From the NCBI GenBank assembly GCA_048887225.1, contig JBHLJY010000018.1, positions 1-47,999 of the forward strand: DNA of 47,999 bases, written 5' to 3'. This document shows, in pieces, positions 1-8,794 of the stretch; position 1 is the first letter of the stretch; each line of letters begins with the position of its first letter. The notes below the pieces were generated by a model. It saw only the letters and a program-made list of their open reading frames with translations. It had not been told where the DNA came from and made no database searches. This DNA comes from Candidatus Hodarchaeota archaeon. Its GTDB lineage: Archaea; Asgardarchaeota; Lokiarchaeia; Sigyniarchaeales; SOKP01. The position numbers and the translations under genes were made by a program.

Positions 1-66
1 CAACATGAGAGACATCTTAGGGAAGTTCAAGAAAAAATTGGGATCAAACCTAAGAAGTTAAAATAA
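1..66 (+). CDS. 3' end of a truncated upstream gene (QHERHLREVQEKIGIKPKKLK*)
   Basis: Frame 1 is open from base 1 to TAA at 64-66 and is followed by T-rich sequence; co-oriented with iolN. Confidence 0.5.
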   Translation, partial: QHERHLREVQEKIGIKPKKLK

Positions 67-182
67 CTATTTTTTAACTAAACTTTAATTTTCCTTTCTA
101 ATTTTTTTGTATCTAAAAATTTAAGATCCATGCGATATTAAACTAAATAATAACAATTAATTTTAGATGTGAAATTGGAAAA

Positions 183-1148
183 ATGAGTAAATGGGATTTG
201 CCACCAAAGGGAGGGCACATGGATATACCAGATGGAATTTATCTTCAAAATATGACTATAACAGAAATGCAAGAGAGAGTTATAAAAAATGATTTAATTA
301 TTATTCCAGTCGGATCAACAGAAAATCATGGAGCTGCAGCCTGCATTGGAGAGGATACTTTTCTTGTAACTCGAATGGCTGAATTAATTGCACAAAAAAC
401 TGGTTGTACTGTAGCTCAACCAATTTGGTATGGTTCACACCCATATCATCATATTGGAATGCCTGGAACGATTGTTGTACCAGAAGAAATTTTCAAAGGT
501 GTATTGCGAGCAGTTATTGCGGGGCTCTGGAATATGGGTTTCAGAAAACAAATTCTTTTAAATGGACACGGCCAGGAATATGTAATACCAAGTGCTATCC
601 ATGAATGGGCTAAAAATTATCAGTTACCCGCTGTAATATGCAATATTAATTGGTACCATGCAATCCCTCAATATTGTATGGATAAAGAACATGGTGGTCC
701 GTTTGAAACGCCTTTTATCCATGCTGATGAAGCAGAAACGTCTTTTTCAATGGCACTTTTTCCTGAAATGATTAAAGTAGAAAATGCCTGCGATACTGAA
801 CCAACAGGTTGGATAACTGAGGGGCACGTCGATAAGGCGGGAAATATTTATCAAAGACCAATAAAATGGTATGGACAAGTCGGATTTGGGCCCATCGAAT
901 TATCCGCCTATCCTGAAGGCGCTGTCGGCTGTCCGAGTAAAGCAACCTTCGAAAAAGCTAAACCTGGTATTGAAGCGCTCCTTGATTATTTAGAAAAATT
1001 AGTCAACGACATATTAAAGGCTTTCCCCCCTGGAAAATTGCCTCCAGTTGAAGGTATAACACAGAGAGATCCTAAAGAAGTGGAACAATATATCAAAGGC
1101 CCTCTAAATGGGGGAAAAAGCATTTACGAACTCAGATATCCCCCTTAA
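183..1148 (+). CDS. iolN: Creatininase-family hydrolase, 3-dehydro-scyllo-inosose hydrolase-like
   Basis: Motifs IIPVGSTENHG, GEDTFLVTRMAE, NGHGQE and FIHADEAETS; closely resembles Thermotoga IolN as recalled. Confidence 0.85.
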   Translation: MSKWDLPPKGGHMDIPDGIYLQNMTITEMQERVIKNDLIIIPVGSTENHGAAACIGEDTFLVTRMAELIAQKTGCTVAQPIWYGSHPYHHIGMPGTIVVPEEIFKGVLRAVIAGLWNMGFRKQILLNGHGQEYVIPSAIHEWAKNYQLPAVICNINWYHAIPQYCMDKEHGGPFETPFIHADEAETSFSMALFPEMIKVENACDTEPTGWITEGHVDKAGNIYQRPIKWYGQVGFGPIELSAYPEGAVGCPSKATFEKAKPGIEALLDYLEKLVNDILKAFPPGKLPPVEGITQRDPKEVEQYIKGPLNGGKSIYELRYPP

Positions 1149-1225
1149 TCTCCTTTTTTATTTTATTACGAATCCAAGCTTCTATTATAGTCTCTTATAA
1201 AAAATAAAAAAAAAGAGTTAATTCT

Positions 1226-1393
1226 TTAATAACCGAAGAAGTGCGTAATGTATGGGTAACGGCCAAAATAATCCCAGAAACTTCTCTTTTTTTTTTTCTT
1301 GTCTTCTTCTTTTAACTTAGATCCCTCATCTTCTTCAGTGATGGTAATTTCTTCCACAATCAAATCAATTTTTCTTTCCTTTACTTCTGTCAT
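1226..1393 (-). CDS. Unannotated 55-aa small protein MTEVKERKIDLIVEEITITEEDEGSKLKEEDKKKKKRSFWDYFGRYPYITHFFGY
   Basis: Hand translation; ATG with GAGGT SD 7 nt upstream; T-tract after the stop on the minus strand; below the ORF-track cutoff. Confidence 0.7.
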   Translation of the reverse strand: MTEVKERKIDLIVEEITITEEDEGSKLKEEDKKKKKRSFWDYFGRYPYITHFFGY

Positions 1394-1612
1394 GTTAAAA
1401 ACCTCATTAAATTAATTTTGGATATTTATTAGAAAAATAAGTTATTCCTAAGTTGGATTTCTAAATTGCAATTACTAAATAATAAATTTAAAAATTAGCA
1501 CTAAGAAAATTAAAATTTAGCAACTTTATAATTATAAAAATTAAGTAATTTAACGTATATTCAATTAAAAAAAACCTTCTCAATATCAAATTCTAAGAAA
1601 AAAAGAAATTCC

Positions 1613-2020
1613 TTAACTAGGGCTTGTACATTGGTTAATAATCTCAAAAACTTGATTAACATCGATTTGATCTTCAGTCAAAAGAATAATAATTCTTTCC
1701 AAAATTTTTATTGAAAGCACGTAAAAATTATCAGAATGAATAATATTAAAATCTGGTTCGTGAATTCCGATTTCACCAGTTACTTCTACAGCAGACTCGT
1801 AAAGTTGAGAAATGTTTAAACTGATGCCCTCTTTATTGAATTCTTTTTCATTTATATAAGATTTCATGACTACTCCATGTAAAGAAGTAATTATTACGAA
1901 ATAGATTTTCGATCCTAGTTCTTTTACTAATTTATTCATAATTAGGTTGAGATCTAGGGTCATAGACATTATTAAATCAATATTGATAAAATAATTATTA
2001 TTTATAATTATAAATTCCAA
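1613..2020 (-). CDS. Roadblock/LC7- or profilin-like small protein (true start probably MSMTLD, ~1969)
   Basis: About 120 aa with a helix-beta-hairpin pattern (YFVIITSLHGVVMKS) and terminal strands plus helix. Confidence 0.55.
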   Translation of the reverse strand: MEFIIINNNYFINIDLIMSMTLDLNLIMNKLVKELGSKIYFVIITSLHGVVMKSYINEKEFNKEGISLNISQLYESAVEVTGEIGIHEPDFNIIHSDNFYVLSIKILERIIILLTEDQIDVNQVFEIINQCTSPS

Positions 2021-2074
2021 TTAATAAATAATTTTAGGTTAAAGTTGCATAATTCAAAATGAAGAGAAATAAAC

Positions 2075-2917
2075 ATGTACAAATACGGTGTCAATTTACT
2101 TTTATGGACTAGTAATTTTACAAATAACGATTTATATTTGTTAAAAAAAGTAAAAGAATACGGATATGACGTTGTAGAGATTCCAATTGTCAATCCCGAA
2201 GTTTTTCCTTCTGAGGATGTTAAAAACGAGTTGGAAAAAAATGATCTTGAGGTATTTGTATGCTATGGTTGTGAAAAAAATTCTGATATCGCTTCTTTAG
2301 ACGAGAATATAAGAGAAACAGGGATTAACCGCTTTAAACAAGCAATTGATCACGCATATGCTATAGGAGCTAAAAAAATTGGAGGTGTAGTATATAAAGC
2401 AGGTGGAATTTTTACAGGAAAGGCTCCTACGAAAGATGAATGGGAGTACTCAATTGCATCTATGAGAAAAGTGGCTAAATATGCTAAAAAATTCGGAATA
2501 TCTATAGGAGTGGAGCAAATTAATCGATATGAAACTTATTTTATTAACTCCGCTGAAGATGCAGTAAAGTATTGTAAAGACGTGGGTGTGCCCAATATGT
2601 TTGTATTGTTAGATACACATCATTTAATATTAGAAGAATTAAATTTATATAACGCAATTGTAAATACAGGAAAATATCTTGGTCATTTTCACACTTCTGA
2701 GAACAATCGAGGGATACCTGGTACAGGCTTAGTGGACTGGATGAATGTATACAGGGCTTTAAGAGATATAAATTATTCTGGTTGGTTGGTTATTGAATCT
2801 TTTTATATTGGTTTTGGAAACGTGTGGAAGCCGTTAGCACACACTCCCGAACAGCTAATCACCCAAGGATTAAATAACTTAAAATATATTGAAGAAAAGG
2901 TCGCAAATGAAAATTGA
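2075..2917 (+). CDS. D-psicose/D-tagatose 3-epimerase family (AP-endonuclease-2 TIM barrel)
   Basis: EQINRYETYFIN, LDTHH, GHFHTSENNRGIPGTG and IESF metal/catalytic motifs. Confidence 0.85.
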   Translation: MYKYGVNLLLWTSNFTNNDLYLLKKVKEYGYDVVEIPIVNPEVFPSEDVKNELEKNDLEVFVCYGCEKNSDIASLDENIRETGINRFKQAIDHAYAIGAKKIGGVVYKAGGIFTGKAPTKDEWEYSIASMRKVAKYAKKFGISIGVEQINRYETYFINSAEDAVKYCKDVGVPNMFVLLDTHHLILEELNLYNAIVNTGKYLGHFHTSENNRGIPGTGLVDWMNVYRALRDINYSGWLVIESFYIGFGNVWKPLAHTPEQLITQGLNNLKYIEEKVANEN

Positions 2918-3030
2918 ACAGTTAAATACTTAAACGATGAATTAATATTCCTACCAAACTTATACTAAACTCAAGGACTATTAATACAGTTTTATTTGGA
3001 TAATTTGCGTTTAAATTATGTGATTTTAGA

Positions 3031-3693
3031 ATGATAAAAGAAAAAGAAGCTACTCTTGATGAACAAATTAGAGAAATTTCTATAATATGTCCTGAGTGTA
3101 AAAATTCTAATAAAATAACCATTCCCGTAAAAATCATTAATCAAAGTAAACAATTAACCACAGTTTCAGTTCCTTCTGGACTAGTATGCGAGCATGGATT
3201 TCAAGCTTTTGTAGATAAAAATTTTAAAATAAGAGGATATCAGAAAGTGGATTATACTTTATCTCAAATGGAATTTCTTGAGGGAGGAAATGAAAATTTA
3301 GAAGGAGTTGAGAAAAAAACAGAGCAAGAAAATATTCTAAGTTCAATTCCTCTATTTCAAGACATAATTAACCTTTTGAGGAGCTCTCTAGATGATAAAG
3401 ATATATTAGGCGCTGGTCTTTTTACAATACAAGGACGCGTTTTATATTCTTCTCTTCCTCAAAATACATTATTTAGTACGATTAGAGAATTGGAAGTTAG
3501 AGATGAGAAAAAACTCACTGGCGTTAAAAGATTATTTCTTCAATTAGAAAACGATCAAATAGTGTGTTCACAATATATGGAAATTTATGGTACTAGATTT
3601 ATTTTAGTTTTATTTTTTAGTTCTCTTTTGAAATTAGGAATGGGAAATATGATTTTAAGAAAATTGGCACAAAAAATTGAAAAGCTAATTTAA
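3031..3693 (+). CDS. Zn-ribbon (CPEC...CEH) fused to a C-terminal roadblock/longin-like domain
   Basis: CPEC and CEHGFQAFVDKNFKIRGYQKVD N-terminal module; C-terminal GAGLFTIQGRVLYSSLP pattern. Confidence 0.6.
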   Translation: MIKEKEATLDEQIREISIICPECKNSNKITIPVKIINQSKQLTTVSVPSGLVCEHGFQAFVDKNFKIRGYQKVDYTLSQMEFLEGGNENLEGVEKKTEQENILSSIPLFQDIINLLRSSLDDKDILGAGLFTIQGRVLYSSLPQNTLFSTIRELEVRDEKKLTGVKRLFLQLENDQIVCSQYMEIYGTRFILVLFFSSLLKLGMGNMILRKLAQKIEKLI

Positions 3694-3721
3694 GTTTCAT
3701 TATCTTTCTTGTAGTATTTAG

Positions 3722-3825
3722 CGGGCCTGGCAGGATTCGAACCTGCGACGTCGGGTTTGGCAGAAATTCTCACCAAAAATCCCAGTCCGAAGCCGGGCAC
3801 CCTATCCAGACTAGATTACAGGCCC
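3722..3825 (-). tRNA. tRNA-Arg(TCG) with a 29-nt intron in the variable region (~45/46; 3750-3778)
   Basis: Acceptor GGGCCTG/CAGGCCC; anticodon arm CCCGG-CTTCGGA-CTGGG; T-arm GCAGG-TTCGAAT-CCTGC; extra 29 nt forms a relaxed BHB; no encoded CCA. Confidence 0.9.
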
Positions 3826-4067
3826 AAGAATATTTCTGCTAATTCTATCTAATTTTTTTGAATTGAATTAGCGTTAATTAGAAAATGTTAGCTAATTATA
3901 TTTTTATTTACTATTTCTAAAAAATTTTCTTATAAGCATTGAGGTCTTTTGAGATATTTCTATTTAAATTTATAAATTATTTAGTCGAATAGAAATTCAG
4001 AGAATAAAATTTTTATAGTTGTTATTACTTCTTTTGTTATAAATTTTGCTTTCGCTTAACTTAAAAA

Positions 4068-4172
4068 GCCCACATAGTGTAGCACGGTCTAGCATTCGGG
4101 ACTGTCACTCCTGCGACGCGGGTTCAAATTGTAAAGTGAGCTCCACGCATTATGAAACTCCCGCTGTGGGCG
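4068..4172 (+). tRNA. tRNA-Asp(GTC) with a 30-nt intron in the T-loop (59/60; 4129-4158)
   Basis: Acceptor GCCCACA/TGTGGGC; anticodon arm CGGGA-CTGTCAC-TCCTG; T-arm GCGGG-TTCAAA[intron]T-CCCGC; no encoded CCA. Confidence 0.92.
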
Positions 4173-4180
4173 CTTTTATA

Positions 4181-5380
4181 TTAAATATCGTAGCGACATA
4201 TTTTTCGTGTAAAAATTAATACTGCTATTAAGAATATAACAAATACTAATGATAATGTATAGAAAGCAAGATTAATATTTATACTAGCTATGATTGCCGT
4301 AAAAATAGGTGCTATTAAGAATGTCAAACCAATCATACTTTCAAATATACTTGAATATTTTGAAGTGTTTTTTTTAATATTGAGAGTTAAAACCAATTTT
4401 AAGCTAGATCCATAGAGTATACCCGTAAAAAATCCCAAGAATAGAAACAAGAGAATAAATAGTAAAAAATTTGAATTAATCGCAAGAAATATTGAAGTAA
4501 TTATTTGAGCAATTAAAGAAATTACTGTGATTCTCTTTAAATTTTTCATGGATAAATAACTTGAAAGAGTTATTGAAATTATTTGTGTTGAGAATCCAAA
4601 AAATGCAAGTAAATAAACAGTATATGCTTCAAATCCTAAGATTTCTGATTTAAGAGGATATAAAAAATTTGCATTAACTCGTCCTAAACAATATGCTATG
4701 ATGAGAAAGAAAGGTAAAATTATCGGAATTGAATATTTTGCAAAGTCTGCAAAATTATCATTATTACCTTCATTGATTTCATTAGTTATTGTACGTGCTT
4801 TTGTATTTACATTAGTAGACTCTTGCAAAAACAAAATCGCTATAACTGAATTTAAAATCATAATTGCAGGAGCAATATAGAAGATATATCCTAGAACGTC
4901 AACAAAATACAAAAGAACTAATCCAAATAAAAATCCTGAAAGAATTCCAAAATTCCAAGAAAAATTGTATCTCGCTATATATTTAGTATGATCGTGCTCA
5001 GTATTATCGCTTATACTCGATTGAAGGTTTGCCCATATAAATCCCATCATAAAACCTTCAAACATCCTCGAAATCAAGAATGGAATAGGTTCTAAAGTAA
5101 TAAAATATACAAACTGAGCACAGCATACTCCCACTACACCTAGAATAACACTTCTCCTTCGATTAATTCGATCAGAAATTTTATTTAACAAAATCGGAGA
5201 GAATGAATAAGTAAATGCTTGACCTGCGGCTATAAATCCAATCATTTCAATATTCACACCTTTTCTATAAAAAAATATTGGAATTGCCAGTCCAACCATT
5301 GCATTATTTAGAGGATATAAAAATGCTATGCAAACAATTGGCCAGAACCGCCAATAGTTATACTTTTCAATGTTTTTCAT
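4181..5380 (-). CDS. MFS transporter
   Basis: About 12 hydrophobic segments; motif A-like KISDRINRRR; SRMFEG. Confidence 0.85.
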   Translation of the reverse strand: MKNIEKYNYWRFWPIVCIAFLYPLNNAMVGLAIPIFFYRKGVNIEMIGFIAAGQAFTYSFSPILLNKISDRINRRRSVILGVVGVCCAQFVYFITLEPIPFLISRMFEGFMMGFIWANLQSSISDNTEHDHTKYIARYNFSWNFGILSGFLFGLVLLYFVDVLGYIFYIAPAIMILNSVIAILFLQESTNVNTKARTITNEINEGNNDNFADFAKYSIPIILPFFLIIAYCLGRVNANFLYPLKSEILGFEAYTVYLLAFFGFSTQIISITLSSYLSMKNLKRITVISLIAQIITSIFLAINSNFLLFILLFLFLGFFTGILYGSSLKLVLTLNIKKNTSKYSSIFESMIGLTFLIAPIFTAIIASININLAFYTLSLVFVIFLIAVLIFTRKICRYDI

Positions 5381-5670
5381 AAGTAGTTAGGAAAAAGTAT
5401 TCATTCAGAAAAAGTTTTTGAAAATTTAGATTTATGATTAAATGACTCCTACTCTAAAAAAATAAAGAGGAATTGCTAAACTAATAAGAGCCATATTCAT
5501 AGGATTAAATAAATTTTCTGTAAACGAGTTTTAATATAATGTTTAAAATATAATTCTTCGAAATAAACCTTTTTATATATTAAAGAGTTATTATAAATTA
5601 CAATTAAATCAATTTAACAAATTAACTAATTCAAACAAATATAGTTAAAAATTAAAATATAGGTGAATTT

Positions 5671-6102
5671 TTGATGGTTGATGAGGGTTTAGTCTCTGAG
5701 ATTAAAGGTATGATGGATGCTGGCGCAGATAGCGTAGGTCCAGAAGCAGTCTTAAAGGTAATGGAATTCTTTAAGCAGATTTCAAAAGAAAATGAAGATC
5801 TTGCTGAAGAATTAGAGGATATGGACATTTCCGTCCAGATGGTTGTAACTGATATTGATAAAAAATTCTGGATAAAAGCGACAGAGGGAGATATCTCTTA
5901 TGGTGAAGGAGCTATTGATAATCCTTCATTCACTTTCTCTTGTACGAAGCAAGTAGGTGTAGGAATGTTATTTGGCGAAGTAGATGCTACTTCAGCATAT
6001 ATGGCTGGCGATATTACGGTTGAGGGAAATCTTCAAGATGCTATGGCATTTCAAGAAATTATTGAATTAGCTATGGAAGCCTTTGAAGATTTAACGGAAT
6101 AA
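5671..6102 (+). CDS. SCP2 sterol/lipid-binding domain protein
   Basis: GEVDATSAYMAGDITVEGNLQDAM SCP2 signature; GGTGA SD upstream. Confidence 0.85.
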   Translation: MMVDEGLVSEIKGMMDAGADSVGPEAVLKVMEFFKQISKENEDLAEELEDMDISVQMVVTDIDKKFWIKATEGDISYGEGAIDNPSFTFSCTKQVGVGMLFGEVDATSAYMAGDITVEGNLQDAMAFQEIIELAMEAFEDLTE

Positions 6103-6199
6103 TCTTATTAGAAAATAAATCTTTTGATTAAAATAATTTATTAATTTATTTTTTTTTCTTTTCTTGATTTTACCTTTATTTAAGAAAAAGGTTTAAAAC

Positions 6200-7933
6200 T
6201 TAAAATAACATAAAAAGGTTAAATCCTGTTATTTGGATCCATAAGAAAAATATAAAGAACCCAATTATGAAGGCAATTATCGCCCAAATATATGATGCTT
6301 GCTTTCTGTAATTCTTATTTCTCCGTCCAGATGAAGATTCAATCATTTTAATCTCAAAATATGGTGAAGGTCCTCTTCTATACCAGCCGATTACTCTTAC
6401 CTTGGTTCCAATATATTTTTTAATTGTTCTCATCGCAAAAATTAAATTGCCAAATATAGGGAATAGTGATTCATAATCGACATATATTAAACCCGTTTCG
6501 TCCTGTAATAGCATATCTTCTCCAAAATAATATCCTGGGACACCTCGTCCGACAATTGTACCTTTTAAAATTGCTGGAACTGTTCGAATAGGTGAAGCCT
6601 TTACATACTTAACAAGTTCAACAACTTTAGTTGGTCCAAATCCACTTTTATATTTAAAAGCAACCTTAACAAGAACACCAAAACCTATTAAATAAAATCC
6701 TATTGCCCAAAATAGTAGAAGATTTGAGATCATATTATCCAACATGGTTCCAGAGCTACTATCATATAATCCAGCTAAAGTGAATATCCATACTATTGTT
6801 AAGGCAATTAATGCTACAAAAATGAGAATTGGTAGATAAATCATCGTTATATCCGTAAGAAATTCAGGGATCATTGATTTTCCTGCTTGTTCCTCTTTGA
6901 TTTTATTAGCATATGAAAAATCAATATCAGGTTTTATTCCATATATTTCACATTGTTCATTTAGACGCATTATCCTTTTTGCTGGCAAAGGATGTGTGCT
7001 AAATATTTGAAAGTATTTTGCCCATGGATTGAATAAGTCCCATGCTGCGGCTGCTTGAATAGCATCTTTTGAGTATTTTCCATTTCCTCCTGTGCTTGAA
7101 ACAGTAAATGCAGCAGCACCTCTAGAATCAAAAATTCCAAGTCCTTTCAAAGCTCGAACTCGAGAACTTCTATTTTCGTGAATATTTCGCTCCATTAACA
7201 ATCCATAAGCAATTGTTACAAGCGCTGATGATAAAACATTAGGGTTTTCCGTCAATTCTGCGGCATGTTCATCTGCGTAATATTCTCTTATTCTACTTAT
7301 TATCAAAGATACTAAATAGCTAATGTAATAGGCTACATAAGATAATGCAGCAATAATAGTTAATGCTATTGCTATAGCCACACTTACACCTTCTTCGTCA
7401 CTACTTTGGAAAAAACCACGACTTGCGTAATAACACCATCGAGCAATTGTTAATAAAATAAGAGGAATTGCGAAAACAATGGTCATTAAAATGAAATCGT
7501 TATGTACAACATGGCCTAATTCATGAGCTACTACAGCTTCTTGTTCATCTTTGTTTAAATATTCAAGTATACCTTGAGTGATTACTATCCTTGCGCTATT
7601 TTTTGTCCAACCAAACGTAAATGCATTAGGGTTCTTATCAGGAATGATCCCTATTCGAGGGATTTTAATACCTCTTACTGTTACCACTTTATCGACAGCT
7701 TTAGCTAAATGGGGGTAATATCTTTGAAAATCTTCATATGGAATCCACTCAATATTATAAATCCAATTAATAATGTAAGGGCCTAACCAATATTGTAGTA
7801 GAATAATTCCTATAGTTAATCCGATCATCAACCAGAGACTCCAATTATACCAGATTCCGATGGCAAAGACTATAGCATAAATTAGTCCAAATAACACAAT
7901 CACGCAAAAAAAAGAACTCAATCTTAGTCCTAT
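6200..7933 (-). CDS. htpX: HtpX-like M48 zinc metalloprotease with extended C-terminal membrane/OB-like region (start may be ATA at 7933 rather than TTG at 7921)
   Basis: PNAFTFG, HELGH, SRIREYYAD and FSTHP motifs. Confidence 0.85.
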   Translation of the reverse strand: MGLRLSSFFCVIVLFGLIYAIVFAIGIWYNWSLWLMIGLTIGIILLQYWLGPYIINWIYNIEWIPYEDFQRYYPHLAKAVDKVVTVRGIKIPRIGIIPDKNPNAFTFGWTKNSARIVITQGILEYLNKDEQEAVVAHELGHVVHNDFILMTIVFAIPLILLTIARWCYYASRGFFQSSDEEGVSVAIAIALTIIAALSYVAYYISYLVSLIISRIREYYADEHAAELTENPNVLSSALVTIAYGLLMERNIHENRSSRVRALKGLGIFDSRGAAAFTVSSTGGNGKYSKDAIQAAAAWDLFNPWAKYFQIFSTHPLPAKRIMRLNEQCEIYGIKPDIDFSYANKIKEEQAGKSMIPEFLTDITMIYLPILIFVALIALTIVWIFTLAGLYDSSSGTMLDNMISNLLLFWAIGFYLIGFGVLVKVAFKYKSGFGPTKVVELVKYVKASPIRTVPAILKGTIVGRGVPGYYFGEDMLLQDETGLIYVDYESLFPIFGNLIFAMRTIKKYIGTKVRVIGWYRRGPSPYFEIKMIESSSGRRNKNYRKQASYIWAIIAFIIGFFIFFLWIQITGFNLFMLF

Positions 7934-8131
7934 AACTATTCACCTTAAGATTTTTAATTTTATTTCGAGGGCTTTATAGGAAAAATCAAAATATTCGTTT
8001 TATGTATATTAATTTCATTTAAAATTAAATTCTTTACTGTTTTTTTTAAAAAATAAAAAGCAAAAAAAATATAACTTTGATTATTTATATATTATTTAAA
8101 ATAAATACTGTATATTTTAACCAGTAGTGTC

Positions 8132-8770
8132 ATGGTCGTGCAACAGGAGATCCGAAAATTATATAACGCAACGGATAATCTTGTCAACCAACAATTTTAT
8201 GAAGGAGGGAACGATACAATTATTGGTAGAACTCCTAAAGTTAGTGTTAAAATAAAACAAAGTGGGCAAATAATTAAAAAATTTAAAGATCTATTTAATC
8301 AAAATTTAAATTCTTTTTTAGAAGGTAATTATTTAAATTTTCTACGTTCCTTTAAAAAAATTAAGGGTTTAGACGACCAACACATCAAAGAAATTTACAA
8401 CGAATTGAAAGAGAAACTTGAGGTTTTAAGGGAAAATGCAGCTGATGAAGAGATTGTAATTTCATATACCATTGTTTTAAGCGGTTTAATTTCAAAAATT
8501 AGAGATCTTCATTTTAACAATTCAATAGCGGAAGTAAAAAAGCGTATAAAAGGTAAATCAAATAATATTAGCGATAACGACATACAAACAGAATTAAACA
8601 ACCTTTTCATGCGAAACAATGATAATATTTCGCTTTTATATAATCTTTCTTATTTAGATGCGTTAGCATCAAGTTTTAATTATTCTAAAGTTGCAAGAGT
8701 TTGCAAAATTCAGAAAGGAAAATATATTAATCGGATTGTAAAAATAATTTTATCTAATGTTAATATTTAA
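8132..8770 (+). CDS. Hypothetical helical protein
   Basis: 212-aa ORF; no recognisable motif. Confidence 0.7.
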   Translation: MVVQQEIRKLYNATDNLVNQQFYEGGNDTIIGRTPKVSVKIKQSGQIIKKFKDLFNQNLNSFLEGNYLNFLRSFKKIKGLDDQHIKEIYNELKEKLEVLRENAADEEIVISYTIVLSGLISKIRDLHFNNSIAEVKKRIKGKSNNISDNDIQTELNNLFMRNNDNISLLYNLSYLDALASSFNYSKVARVCKIQKGKYINRIVKIILSNVNI

Positions 8771-8794
8771 TCCTATTTTTTCTTTAGCATTAGT

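Noticed and set aside
183-1393. Mycofactocin-like RiPP system (creatininase as MftE plus small peptide)
   Set aside because: The enzyme matches IolN, the genes are convergent, the peptide lacks the IDGxCGVY ending, and no MftB/MftC is nearby.
3750-3780. Long variable arm indicating tRNA-Sec, Ser or Leu
   Set aside because: The anticodon is TCG, the acceptor stem is a standard 7 bp, and the insert forms a BHB-like motif whose removal yields a normal tRNA-Arg.
3693-4181. Integrated element or att site at the tRNAs
   Set aside because: No integrase and no duplicated tRNA 3' end were seen in the window.
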